DNA of 34,847 bases from Ktedonobacterales bacterium. GTDB taxonomy: Bacteria > Chloroflexota > Ktedonobacteria > Ktedonobacterales > JADMIN01. Under the pieces are notes generated by a model, which worked only from the letters and a program-made list of their open reading frames with translations, was not told the origin of the DNA and searched no databases. Positions 1 to 7,611 of the stretch are shown here, in pieces. The stretch spans positions 1-34,847 of the forward strand of contig JANWHL010000087.1 in the NCBI GenBank assembly GCA_025450405.1. Reading direction: 5' to 3'. Numbering within the stretch: the stretch's first letter is position 1; each line of letters starts with the position of its first letter. Made by a program: the position numbers and the translations under genes.

Positions 1-402
1 GAGCTGCGCGCCAGTGGGGCGACCACCGTCGCGTTCCGTCCCGCGCGCGATGCCTGCCCGGCCTGTCGCGCCGCGGCGGGCGTCTATGCGCTGGCGGCCG
101 CGCCCAAAATTCCGGTGCCTGATTGTATGTACGCGCACGGTTGCCGCTGCCTTTACGCGGCCGCCACCAGTGGCGCTGACCCGGATGCGAGGGCGGGTGA
201 CAGGATGCCGTCCGGGGTTCTTGAGGCGGAGCCAGACACCACACAGGCGAAGGCCAACGACCGCCCGTGGTACCGACCGCGCGCGCCGCGACCACACGGT
301 CCGCGCTGGGATCGGGACCCAGCGACGGGCATCGTCATCCCACCCGCACCTCCGCCGCGCGCGCCGCGCCGCGGCTCGCGTCCGCGGCGGAAGGGCGGGT
401 GA
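1..402 (+). CDS. 3' end of an ORF entering from the left edge (partial). Cys-rich CxxC...HGCRC segment followed by a Pro/Arg-rich low-complexity tail.
   Basis: Frame +1 is open from base 1 to TGA 400-402. Third positions are G/C-rich over the first ~200 nt (ELRASGATTVAFRPARDACPACRAAAGVYALAAAPKIPVPDCMYAHGCRCLY...). The stop lies 1 nt before the next gene's ATG (TGAcATG). Too little sequence to assign a family. Confidence 0.35.
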   Translation, partial: ELRASGATTVAFRPARDACPACRAAAGVYALAAAPKIPVPDCMYAHGCRCLYAAATSGADPDARAGDRMPSGVLEAEPDTTQAKANDRPWYRPRAPRPHGPRWDRDPATGIVIPPAPPPRAPRRGSRPRRKGG

Positions 403-403
403 C

Positions 404-943
404 ATGCAGGGCGGTTCGATGCGGACGATGCCCCGGCGCCCGCTGATTGGCGTCATGGGCGGTGGCGACGACGCGACACCGGCTGAGTGCGGGCTGGCCG
501 AGGAGTTCGGCCGCCTGGCCGCGGCGGCTGGCTGGGTGCTGCTCTGCGGCGGCCGCCCGGTCGGGATCATGGAGGCGGCGGCGCGAGGCGCTCACGCGGC
601 CGGTGGTCTGACGATCGGTGTGCTGCCTGGTCGCGAGGATCGGCCGGGCGAGGTCTCGGCCCATCTGGACATCGCCATTCTCACCGGGATGGGCGACGCG
701 CGCAACGCCATCAACGCGCTTTCCAGCCGCGTGGTGGTGGCGTGCCCCGGCGGCCCCGGCACGGTCTCGGAGATCGCGCTGGCGCTGAAATGCGGGCGCC
801 CCGTCGTGCTGCTGGGGTGGGACGCGCCGGTGACCGTGTTCGCGCGCCAGGTGGCCCAGGGCCGGCTGCGTGTGGCGTGGACGTCGGCCGAGGCGCGGGA
901 CCAAGTGGCGGCTCTAGTCGCCGATGTCACCGCCGCACCGTGA
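404..943 (+). CDS. LOG / TIGR00725-family protein (lysine-decarboxylase-like Rossmann fold)
   Basis: ATG at 404 is preceded by AAGGGCGGG; an alternative ATG lies at 419. The protein carries IGVMGGG, GGRPVGIMEAAARGA and the PGGxGTxxE motif (CPGGPGTVSEIALAL) typical of LOG-family proteins. The 5' 390 nt of the tracked ORF 14..943 is out of character and overlaps the upstream ORF. Confidence 0.8.
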   Translation: MQGGSMRTMPRRPLIGVMGGGDDATPAECGLAEEFGRLAAAAGWVLLCGGRPVGIMEAAARGAHAAGGLTIGVLPGREDRPGEVSAHLDIAILTGMGDARNAINALSSRVVVACPGGPGTVSEIALALKCGRPVVLLGWDAPVTVFARQVAQGRLRVAWTSAEARDQVAALVADVTAAP

Positions 944-1186
944 GCGGTTACTTGGGTTCGATCTTGGCGGTCACGGTGTAGCGCGCGGGGTCGTACGCGT
1001 CGCCGAGGATGAGGTAGCCACGTGCTTCGAGCGGCTTGTCGCGCCCGCACTTCGTGCATCGCTTGGTCGAGGAAGAGTCCAGTCATCGCGAGACCGCGGC
1101 AAGGCGTATCGTCACAAGGCCGAAGACCAACACAAATGGCGCCCCGGGTGGGCGCCAGACATTGGACGATATCGACGGATGGGTCT

Positions 1187-1262
1187 TGGTGCCAAGGGGC
1201 GGGATCGAACCGCCGACACCGGCATTTTCAGTGCCGTGCTCTACCAACTGAGCTACCTTGGC
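1187..1262 (-). tRNA. tRNA-Phe (anticodon GAA), CCA encoded
   Basis: The reverse complement reads GCCAAGGTAGCTCAGTTGGTAGAGCACGGCACTGAAAATGCCGGTGTCGGCGGTTCGATCCCGCCCCTTGGCACCA. The acceptor stem is GCCAAGG/CCTTGGC. D-loop AGCTCAGTTGGTAGAGC, anticodon loop CTGAAAA and T-loop GGTTCGATCC are present. Length 76 nt. Confidence 0.95.
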
Positions 1263-1290
1263 GCAACTTGGCCCCACCGGGACCCGTTGA

Positions 1291-1319
1291 AGTGTACCAT
1301 TCGACACGCCGCGCGTCAA
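1291..1319 (-). promoter_or_regulatory. sigma70-type promoter for tRNA-Phe (TTGACG-17 bp-TACACT)
   Basis: The minus strand reads gTTGACGcgcggcgtgtcgaatggTACACTtcaac. The -35 is at 1314-1319 and the -10 at 1291-1296, with an exactly 17-bp spacer. It lies ~30 nt upstream of the tRNA 5' end. Confidence 0.6.
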
Positions 1320-1373
1320 CCGCGACGTTGCCTTGGTTGCTCTCGCCGCCCTGGCGTGGCCCGCACTATGCTG

Positions 1374-1431
1374 ATCTGGCGCAATACGGTATACTCGGTC
1401 TCATCTGGCGCAATACGGTATACTCGGTCTC
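1374..1431. repeat. perfect 29-bp tandem duplication (ATCTGGCGCAATACGGTATACTCGGTCTC x2)
   Basis: Bases 1374-1402 and 1403-1431 are identical by direct reading. Confidence 0.95.
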
Positions 1432-1489
1432 GGCAAGCTGAGGTATACTCGTTCCGGTGGACGCGCATCCGGGGGGCCGCGGTATACTC
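1388..1489 (+). promoter_or_regulatory. array of four GGTATACTC boxes (TATACT -10-like; core GTATAC is palindromic) upstream of GH130 paralog 1
   Basis: The copies lie at 1388-1396, 1417-1425, 1442-1450 and 1481-1489. The last is ~70 nt upstream of ATG 1560. I found no convincing -35 for any copy, so promoter versus operator function is unresolved. Confidence 0.45.
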
Positions 1490-1559
1490 AGGCGGCGCCC
1501 GCGGCCGCGAGGTCTGGCGTATGCGGGCATTGGTGCCCGCCCGCGCGGAAGGGGGTAGC

Positions 1560-2798
1560 ATGGCTATCTCGCACGGCCCAGATCATGCCTGGTCTCAGCC
1601 GCGCGGCGGATCGCCGCTGGGTGAGACGCACGCGCCCGCGAAACGCGACGCCGCGCCGCCCTTCGCGGTGACCCGGCTGGGCGCGATCATGCGGCGCGCG
1701 CCGGGCGACCCACACGAGGCCTGGGGTGTGCTGAATCCAGGGTGCGTGCGCGGACGCGATGGCGAGCTGTATCTCTTCCCGCAGGTCGTCGCCGAGGGGA
1801 ATTATTCGCGCATTGGCCGCGCGCGTGTCCGGTTCGACGGCCAGGGCAATCCGATGGATGTCGAGCGCCTGGGCACCGCGCTCGAGCCCACGGAGCGCTA
1901 TGAGCGCGCGGCACGCTGGCGCGGCGGTGTGGAGGACGCGCGCGTCACCTACGTGCCCGCGCTCGACCGCTATGTGATGGTCTACACCGCGTGCGGGCTC
2001 CTCGGCGACCGGATCGCCGTGGCGATGTCCAGTGACCTGCGGACCTGGGAGCGTGTGGGCCTCGCGCATTTCGCGCCCGAGCGCGGGATCGATTGGAACG
2101 CCCACGCCGATGGCGACGGCACCATTTTCCCCGAGCCGGTCGCCGCTCCGGACGGACGCCCGGCGGTGGCGCTCATCCATCGTCCCCGGTTCCTCGTGCA
2201 CCACGCGGACGGAACCGTGAAGCGGGTGCTGCCCGAGGGCGTGCGTGATCCACGCGGCTCACTGTGGATCTCGTACATCGACCTGGAGGCGGCGCGCCAC
2301 GACAACTCCGCGCTGCGACGCTTTGGCCAGCATCAGCCGCTGGCCGCGCCCGAGGCGACCTGGGAGCGTGTGCGGCTGGGGGCGTTGGCACCACCGCTGC
2401 TGACACACCTGGGATGGCTGCTCGTCTACACTGGGGTTGGGGGCGAGGCGCACCGGGTGACGGCGCGCGACCCGGCGCAGAAGCGGCTGGTCGCCTCTGC
2501 CGGGGTGATGGTGCTCGACCGCGTCGATCCACGGCGCATGCTTTACCGGTCGCCGGAGCCAATCCTGGAACCTCTTACCAGGGAGGAGCGCGAAGGCGGG
2601 CCAGGCGCCTTCCGCAACCTGGTTGTCCCCGCCGGACTCGATCCGCGCTCGCCACCCGCGCCGGGGGCGCGGGTGGACCTGTACTACGGCATGGCCGAGA
2701 GCGCCGGTGTCGGGTGGCTCACGCTGCCCACCGCCCTGCCCGACGCGTTACGGGGCGCGGCAGCCCGCGACGGGGCCGGTTCGCAGGCGGCGCTCTGA
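1560..2798 (+). CDS. GH130-like (DUF377 / beta-mannoside phosphorylase superfamily) protein, paralog 1
   Basis: ATG 1560 follows GGAAGGGGG; an alternative in-frame ATG lies at 1521. It aligns over its whole length with the downstream paralog (LYLFPQVVAEGNYSRI, GGVEDARVTY, LIHRP, SLWISY, APPLLTHLGWLL, PRRMLYRSPEPILEP, DLYYGMA). The tracked ORF 924..2798 runs through the tRNA gene, so its N-terminal 210 aa are not credible. Confidence 0.8.
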   Translation: MAISHGPDHAWSQPRGGSPLGETHAPAKRDAAPPFAVTRLGAIMRRAPGDPHEAWGVLNPGCVRGRDGELYLFPQVVAEGNYSRIGRARVRFDGQGNPMDVERLGTALEPTERYERAARWRGGVEDARVTYVPALDRYVMVYTACGLLGDRIAVAMSSDLRTWERVGLAHFAPERGIDWNAHADGDGTIFPEPVAAPDGRPAVALIHRPRFLVHHADGTVKRVLPEGVRDPRGSLWISYIDLEAARHDNSALRRFGQHQPLAAPEATWERVRLGALAPPLLTHLGWLLVYTGVGGEAHRVTARDPAQKRLVASAGVMVLDRVDPRRMLYRSPEPILEPLTREEREGGPGAFRNLVVPAGLDPRSPPAPGARVDLYYGMAESAGVGWLTLPTALPDALRGAAARDGAGSQAAL

Positions 2799-2931
2799 CC
2801 GAGCATGCGCCCTGACCGAGCGTTCTCCCTGATGCGATCATGCGGCGGCGTATCCAGTACTAGATGCGTGGACGAACGGGCTATGGGCGTGGGACCTTCG
2901 CGGTCGCGGGAATGAGAATCTTGGCGGCATG

Positions 2932-2959
2932 TTGCCAGACGCCCATCCGTTCGTATGAT
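2932..2959 (+). promoter_or_regulatory. sigma70-type promoter (TTGCCA-16 bp-TATGAT) upstream of GH130 paralog 2
   Basis: The sequence gTTGCCAgacgcccatccgttcgTATGATttt was read directly. It implies a ~160-nt leader before GTG 3124. Confidence 0.55.
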
Positions 2960-3123
2960 TTTAGTAAGAGCGACTCGCGGGGGACGCGACGGCGCGGAAC
3001 TCCCTGGGAACCTCGGCACATGGCGGCGGGCGGGTACAGCGGCGTACCGCGCGCATCCCCGCGGCTGGCCGTGCACCTACGCACCGTATGTTCTGTCGTA
3101 GCGCTGGCCGGAGGGATGAAGTC

Positions 3124-4236
3124 GTGTACGCACCGCAGCCCGAGCGAGACCCGTTTGCCATCACGCGCCTGGGCGTCATCATGCGGCCACGCCCGGACAA
3201 CCCCCAAGAGGAATGGGGGGCGCTGAATCCGGCCTGCGCGCGCGGTCGTGATGGCCAGCTCTATCTCTTCCCGCGCATCGTCGCCGAGGGCAATTATTCG
3301 CGCATCGCCATCGCGCGCGTCGTCTTCGACGGCGACGGCAATCCATCCGGGGTGGAGCGCCTGGGGATCGCGCTGGAGCCGCGAGAGCCCTACGAGCAGA
3401 CACCGCGCTGGGGCGGCGGGGTGGAGGACCCACGCGTCACCTACATCCCGCTGCTGGACGCCTACGTGATGACGTACACGGCGCTCAATAAGCTCGGGCC
3501 ACGGATCGCGCTGGCGGTCTCGCGCGACCTCTTCCACTGGGCACGCCTGGGCATCGTGGACTTCGCGCCCGACGACGGCATCGACTGGAACGAATACCAC
3601 AACAAGGACGCGGTGGTCTTCCCCGAGCCTGTCATGGGACCCGAGGGCCGTCCGATGCTCGCATTGATCCACCGGCCGAATTACCTGGTCTCGCACCATG
3701 ACGGCGTGGTGGAACGGCGGGTACCGCCCGGCGTGCGCGACGAGCGCGAATCGCTGTGGATCTCCTATGCGGACCCGCTGGCGGCGCGCCAAGACATCGG
3801 CGCGCTGACGCGCTTTGGACAGCATCGCCAGCTGGCTGTTCCCGAAGCCCGCTGGGAGAACGTGAAGATCGGCGCGGGCGCGCCTCCCTTGCTCACCCAT
3901 CTGGGCTGGCTCCTCATCTACCATGGCGTGTTCGGTGAGATCCACGCGGTCTCGCCCGAGGATCCGCACCAGCGGCATTTGATCTACAGCGCCGGGGCGA
4001 TGGTCCTCGATCGCGCGGACCCACGGCGAATCCTCTACCGCTCCAAGGAGCCGATCCTCGAGCCCGCGACCGACGAGGAGCGCCAGGGCGTGGTGGACAA
4101 CGTGGTGTTCCCGTGCGGGCTCGACCCTCGGACACCGCCCGCCCCCGGGTCGCGCGTGGACGTCTACTATGGCATGGCCGACACGCTGGTGGGCGCTGGG
4201 CGGATCACGCTCCCCGCCGGACTGCCTGATCGCTAG
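3124..4236 (+). CDS. GH130-family glycoside phosphorylase/hydrolase-like protein, paralog 2
   Basis: GTG 3124 lies 8 nt after GGAGGG. The ATG at 3088 has no SD. The motifs GGVEDPRVTY, NKDAVVFPEP, VVDNVVFPCG and VYYGMAD resemble the GH130 (PF04041) pattern as I recall it. Confidence 0.85.
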   Translation: MYAPQPERDPFAITRLGVIMRPRPDNPQEEWGALNPACARGRDGQLYLFPRIVAEGNYSRIAIARVVFDGDGNPSGVERLGIALEPREPYEQTPRWGGGVEDPRVTYIPLLDAYVMTYTALNKLGPRIALAVSRDLFHWARLGIVDFAPDDGIDWNEYHNKDAVVFPEPVMGPEGRPMLALIHRPNYLVSHHDGVVERRVPPGVRDERESLWISYADPLAARQDIGALTRFGQHRQLAVPEARWENVKIGAGAPPLLTHLGWLLIYHGVFGEIHAVSPEDPHQRHLIYSAGAMVLDRADPRRILYRSKEPILEPATDEERQGVVDNVVFPCGLDPRTPPAPGSRVDVYYGMADTLVGAGRITLPAGLPDR

Positions 4237-4322
4237 CGCCACGGTGCGGGGGGCACCCATGCCCTCCGCTGCTTCTCATCCCCCGTCCGGCGCCGTGCTG
4301 GCCCCTCGCGACCACAGTCGGG

Positions 4323-4328
4323 TATAAT
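4323..4328 (+). promoter_or_regulatory. TATAAT -10 box upstream of the 4388 gene
   Basis: cgggTATAATggcc lies 60 nt upstream of GTG 4388. No clear -35. Confidence 0.4.
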
Positions 4329-4387
4329 GGCCGCGACCCGGCGCGATGCGCGCCGTGAGGCGCGCGGGGGATAGAGGGGTAGGGCCA

Positions 4388-6274
4388 GTGGCCGAGACAA
4401 AGAGTGGACAATTGGGCGGCTCCGGGCCGCTGGAATCGGTGACTGGCGAGCTGTCGTCCGAGGGCAAGCACGAGGCTGGCAAGCGCGAAGTCGAGATGTA
4501 CATCCGCACCTACCAGACGCTGCTCCGCAGCTCTGGAGAGGTCGGACTCAAGGCGCTCATCCAGGCGCATTACAACATCGATTCGGTCCTCCATCCCGCG
4601 GCGCGCGCCACCGACCCGGACATGTCCGCCTTCATCTACGCGATGCTGCGCGTGCCGCCCGCCATTCTGCATGCCTCGCGGGTGCTCCTGGGGCAATCGG
4701 AGGAGATCTTCACGCAGGCGGGCTTCGCGGTCGAGCAGTGGCAGGCCGTCACGGCGCCGGCCCGGCGCCGGAAGTGGTTCTACGACGGCAAGACAACCGT
4801 CGCCGCGTACATCGCCAGCGTCAGCGACACCGACGACATCGTGCCCACCCTCGTCGCGCTCCAGATCGAGTGGAACAAGTTTCACTGGCTGCTGAACACG
4901 GACCCCACCACTATGCAACTCCTCGAGAGCCGCGTGGAGCGGTCTTCACCCGTCTACGCCGAGATCACCAAGGTGGTGCGTGAGCGGCTGCATGTGACGC
5001 CTGAGGACTGGCGCCGGCTGGAGCTGATGTGGGGCGACCAGATGTGGAACAGTCTGCTGGCCATCGGCAAGGAGCGTAAGAACTTCACACTGCGCATGCT
5101 CGGCGGCTCGCACGTCGGCTTTGTCCGCGCCACGCGCAAGTGGTGGGCGCCGGTCAACAAGCTCATGGAGGACCTGCGCCTGGGCCGCCGGCCGGTCTAT
5201 TTCGTCTCGAGCAACACCCACGGCCTGGTCAACCTGCTCTCGGGCACGGCGTCGCGCCGCCAGGACGAGCTGACGCGCTTCGCCAGTGGCAGCACCGACA
5301 CGCTGCTGACCGAGGAGTACAAGAAGATCAAAGACGGGCGCGCCCCGGGCAACTGGCAGAACTTTCTCTACTACGCGGCCCGCGAATACCAGCGCTCCAC
5401 GGCGGGGCAGGGGTTCGCGCGCAGCAAGCCGGTGGAGGAGCAGGAGCGCGGCATCTGGTCGCTGGGCGCGCGCCACGGGCTGGAGCTGGATGTCCAGGTG
5501 ATTGACCTGGCCAAGCTGCACGCCGATGACCTGGACCCGCGCGTGCGCATGCCGGGGAGCGAGCGCATTGCCGAGAGCCATGGGGTCATCGTCAACATCG
5601 ATTATCCGCTGGGCATGGCGGCGTACCGGGTGCTGCGCGAGGTGCTGGAGAATCTGGCTCAGGTGAAGGGGATCTACATCCTCGGCAAGGCCGCGACCCT
5701 GAACGGCAGCATCGGCGACGTGATGATTTCGAACGTCATCCTCGACGAACACAGCCAGAACACGTACTGGCTGGACAACTGCTTCGGCGTCGGCGATGTC
5801 AACCGCAACCTGGTCTTCGGAGCCGTGCTCGATAATCAGCGCGCGGTCTCCACCAAGGGCACGTTCCTGCAAAACCGCGCATACCTGGACTTCTACTATC
5901 GCGCCAACTACAGCGTGGTGGAGATGGAGGCGGGGCCGTATCTCGACGCGGTGTACGAGAGCCTCTACATGACGCGCTATCCAACGGGTGAGAACATCAA
6001 CTTCGCCAAACTGCCCTTCGACCTGGGCATCCTGCACTACGCCTCGGATACTCCGTATACGCGCGGCAAGAACCTGGGCGCGGGCAGTCTTTCGTACTAC
6101 GGGATGGACTCGACCTACGCCGCGACAATCGCCATCACGCGCCGCGTGCTGGAGCACGAGCTAGGCGCGCTCCGGGGCGACGCCGTAGCGCGGGCGGAGG
6201 CGCTGCGCATGCGCCGCTCGGTGGCGGACGGCCGGCAGCAGCCGGCGCCGGCATCCGGCCTGGCGCGCGGTTAG
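4388..6274 (+). CDS. large uncharacterized protein: unassigned ~400-aa N-terminal region fused to a C-terminal nucleoside phosphorylase (PNP_UDP_1)-like domain
   Basis: GTG 4388 lies 9 nt after GAGGGG; alternatives are ATG 4346 and ATG 4496 (MYIRTYQ). The C-terminal ~230 aa shows the phosphorylase-superfamily pattern: IVNIDYPLGMAA...IYILGKAATLNGSIGDVMISN...VVEMEAGPY...HYASDTP. I recognise nothing in the N-terminal part. Confidence 0.75.
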   Translation: MAETKSGQLGGSGPLESVTGELSSEGKHEAGKREVEMYIRTYQTLLRSSGEVGLKALIQAHYNIDSVLHPAARATDPDMSAFIYAMLRVPPAILHASRVLLGQSEEIFTQAGFAVEQWQAVTAPARRRKWFYDGKTTVAAYIASVSDTDDIVPTLVALQIEWNKFHWLLNTDPTTMQLLESRVERSSPVYAEITKVVRERLHVTPEDWRRLELMWGDQMWNSLLAIGKERKNFTLRMLGGSHVGFVRATRKWWAPVNKLMEDLRLGRRPVYFVSSNTHGLVNLLSGTASRRQDELTRFASGSTDTLLTEEYKKIKDGRAPGNWQNFLYYAAREYQRSTAGQGFARSKPVEEQERGIWSLGARHGLELDVQVIDLAKLHADDLDPRVRMPGSERIAESHGVIVNIDYPLGMAAYRVLREVLENLAQVKGIYILGKAATLNGSIGDVMISNVILDEHSQNTYWLDNCFGVGDVNRNLVFGAVLDNQRAVSTKGTFLQNRAYLDFYYRANYSVVEMEAGPYLDAVYESLYMTRYPTGENINFAKLPFDLGILHYASDTPYTRGKNLGAGSLSYYGMDSTYAATIAITRRVLEHELGALRGDAVARAEALRMRRSVADGRQQPAPASGLARG

Positions 6275-6293
6275 TTCACAGCGCGGGGCGGGC

Positions 6294-6650
6294 TCACAGC
6301 GGCTCGATGGCGCTGGTGAGGCCGCGGCGCTCCAGGCCCTCGCGATAGAACTCCGCCGTCTCGCGCGGGCAGGTGATGACCTCGGCCACGCCGGTGGTGT
6401 GCGCCGCGCGCATCACCTGGATGGCGCGCTCGATCGAGAGCCGCGGCACAATGCGCAGCAGGGCGATGACCACGTGTTCCATGGTGTTGTGGTCGTCGTT
6501 GTAGAGCAGGACGCGATAGTGGGGCAACTGGCGGAGCGCCAGCCGAACCTCTTCGTCGGTGCGCGGCGCCACCGGCTGGGCGTCCCACGGCGAGCGGCCC
6601 AGACCAGAGCGGTCGCTCAGATTGTCGCCCCAACGGTCGAAGTTGGGCAT
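6294..6650 (-). CDS. clpS: ATP-dependent Clp protease adaptor ClpS
   Basis: YRVLLYNDDHNTMEHVVIALLRIVPRLSIERAIQVMRAAHTTGVAEVITCPRETAEFY is the canonical ClpS core. ATG 6650 is preceded by a G-rich SD. Confidence 0.9.
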   Translation of the reverse strand: MPNFDRWGDNLSDRSGLGRSPWDAQPVAPRTDEEVRLALRQLPHYRVLLYNDDHNTMEHVVIALLRIVPRLSIERAIQVMRAAHTTGVAEVITCPRETAEFYREGLERRGLTSAIEPL

Positions 6651-6997
6651 GGCACCCCCCGAATCTCCCGGCGCGCGCCCCGGGCGCCGCGCATCCGCGC
6701 GGTGCGCCGCGCGGCCATCCCGGCGGAAACCCGCCGCACTTTACGCCCGCCCGGACAGTGCACACCGCTATCCGTGCCACTATAGACGTAACGACGGGAG
6801 GGATCGCCACACTCGCCGCTCCGATGGCCCACTGACCGGGACCCCTTGCGTGTCGTCCTCACGCGAAACGAGCGCCCGAGGGTCCGAACGCGGAAGGGCA
6901 CGCTGGCACGAGTGGTGCGGCCGGATCACACCGTGGGGTGCTTGCGGCGGCCGCGACGGCGCGGCCCCTCGCGCCCCGAAAGGAGTGAAACGCGGAA

Positions 6998-7525
6998 ATG
7001 GCAGTGCGGAACGCGACCGATCTCTTCCTGACCGAACTTGGCGATATGTACAGCGCGGAGCGGCAGATCACGAAGATACTGCCCCAACTCGCCGGCGAGA
7101 GCGCCGATGCCGAGGTCAAAAGCGCCTTCGAGATGCACTTGCGCCAGACGCAACAGCACATTCAGAACCTCGACCAGTGTTTCAGCCTCCTGGGCACCCA
7201 GCCGCCGAATGTGGACTGCGAGGCGGTGAAGGGGCTCAAGAAGGAGCACGAGACCTTCAAGAAGGAGAATCCCCCGGAGGACATCCTGACCATGTTCGAT
7301 CTTGGCGCCGCGCTGAAGACCGAACATTATGAGATCGCCTCCTACACCGGCCTGATCGGCATGGCGCGCCTGATGGGCCAGACCCAGGTCGTCAACCTCC
7401 TGGAGCAAAACCTCAATCAGGAGAAGGAGATGGCCCAGAAAGCCGAGCAGCTCTCGCGCCAGCTCGGCCAACGGCTGGCGGGCCCGCCCCCACAGTCGCG
7501 CGCGGGCCAGCAGCCGACCGCATAG
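6998..7525 (+). CDS. DUF892 (YciE/YciF-like) ferritin-like domain protein
   Basis: ATG follows GAAAGGAG. DLFLTELGDMYSAERQITKILPQL...HLRQTQQHIQNLDQCF...EHYEIASYTGLI matches the four-helix DUF892 pattern. Confidence 0.85.
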   Translation: MAVRNATDLFLTELGDMYSAERQITKILPQLAGESADAEVKSAFEMHLRQTQQHIQNLDQCFSLLGTQPPNVDCEAVKGLKKEHETFKKENPPEDILTMFDLGAALKTEHYEIASYTGLIGMARLMGQTQVVNLLEQNLNQEKEMAQKAEQLSRQLGQRLAGPPPQSRAGQQPTA

Positions 7526-7552
7526 CTGGCGCTCCGCGAGATGGAGGTACGT

Positions 7553-7583
7553 CCCCCGTGGGTGGATGGTCCACCCGCGGGGG
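7553..7583. terminator. 13-bp-stem hairpin between convergent genes (bidirectional terminator candidate)
   Basis: CCCCCGTGGGTGG-atggt-CCACCCGCGGGGG, with one G-U pair. It sits between the DUF892 stop (7525) and the VKOR-like stop (7612). There is no U-tract. Confidence 0.5.
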
Positions 7584-7611
7584 CTGATTCATGTCTCCCA
7601 GGCGTGGCCCG

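Noticed and set aside
1187-1431. tRNA-Phe as the attachment site of an integrated element, with the 29-bp direct repeats as att sites
   Set aside because: The repeats are adjacent tandem copies, do not match the tRNA 3' end, and lie on the 5' (promoter) side of the tRNA. No integrase, excisionase or compositional shift is visible on either flank.
924-1559. N-terminal 212 codons of tracked ORF 924..2798
   Set aside because: This stretch reads through the tRNA-Phe gene, its promoter and the repeat array. The homology to the paralog begins only after ATG 1560, which has a strong SD.
6651-6997. TATAGT/TATAGA box at 6779-6786 as a shared divergent promoter for clpS and the DUF892 gene
   Set aside because: The hexamer reads as a plausible -10 on both strands. 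However, I found no -35 on either side, and the distances to the starts (125 and 210 nt) are uninformative, so it is not listed as a feature.
7580-7590. GGGGCTGATTC, identical to the usual 5' start of tmRNA
   Set aside because: It is the 3' arm of the intergenic hairpin and runs into the VKOR-like coding region. No tRNA-like 3' end (..GGTTCGA.TCC...CCA) or tag reading frame follows.
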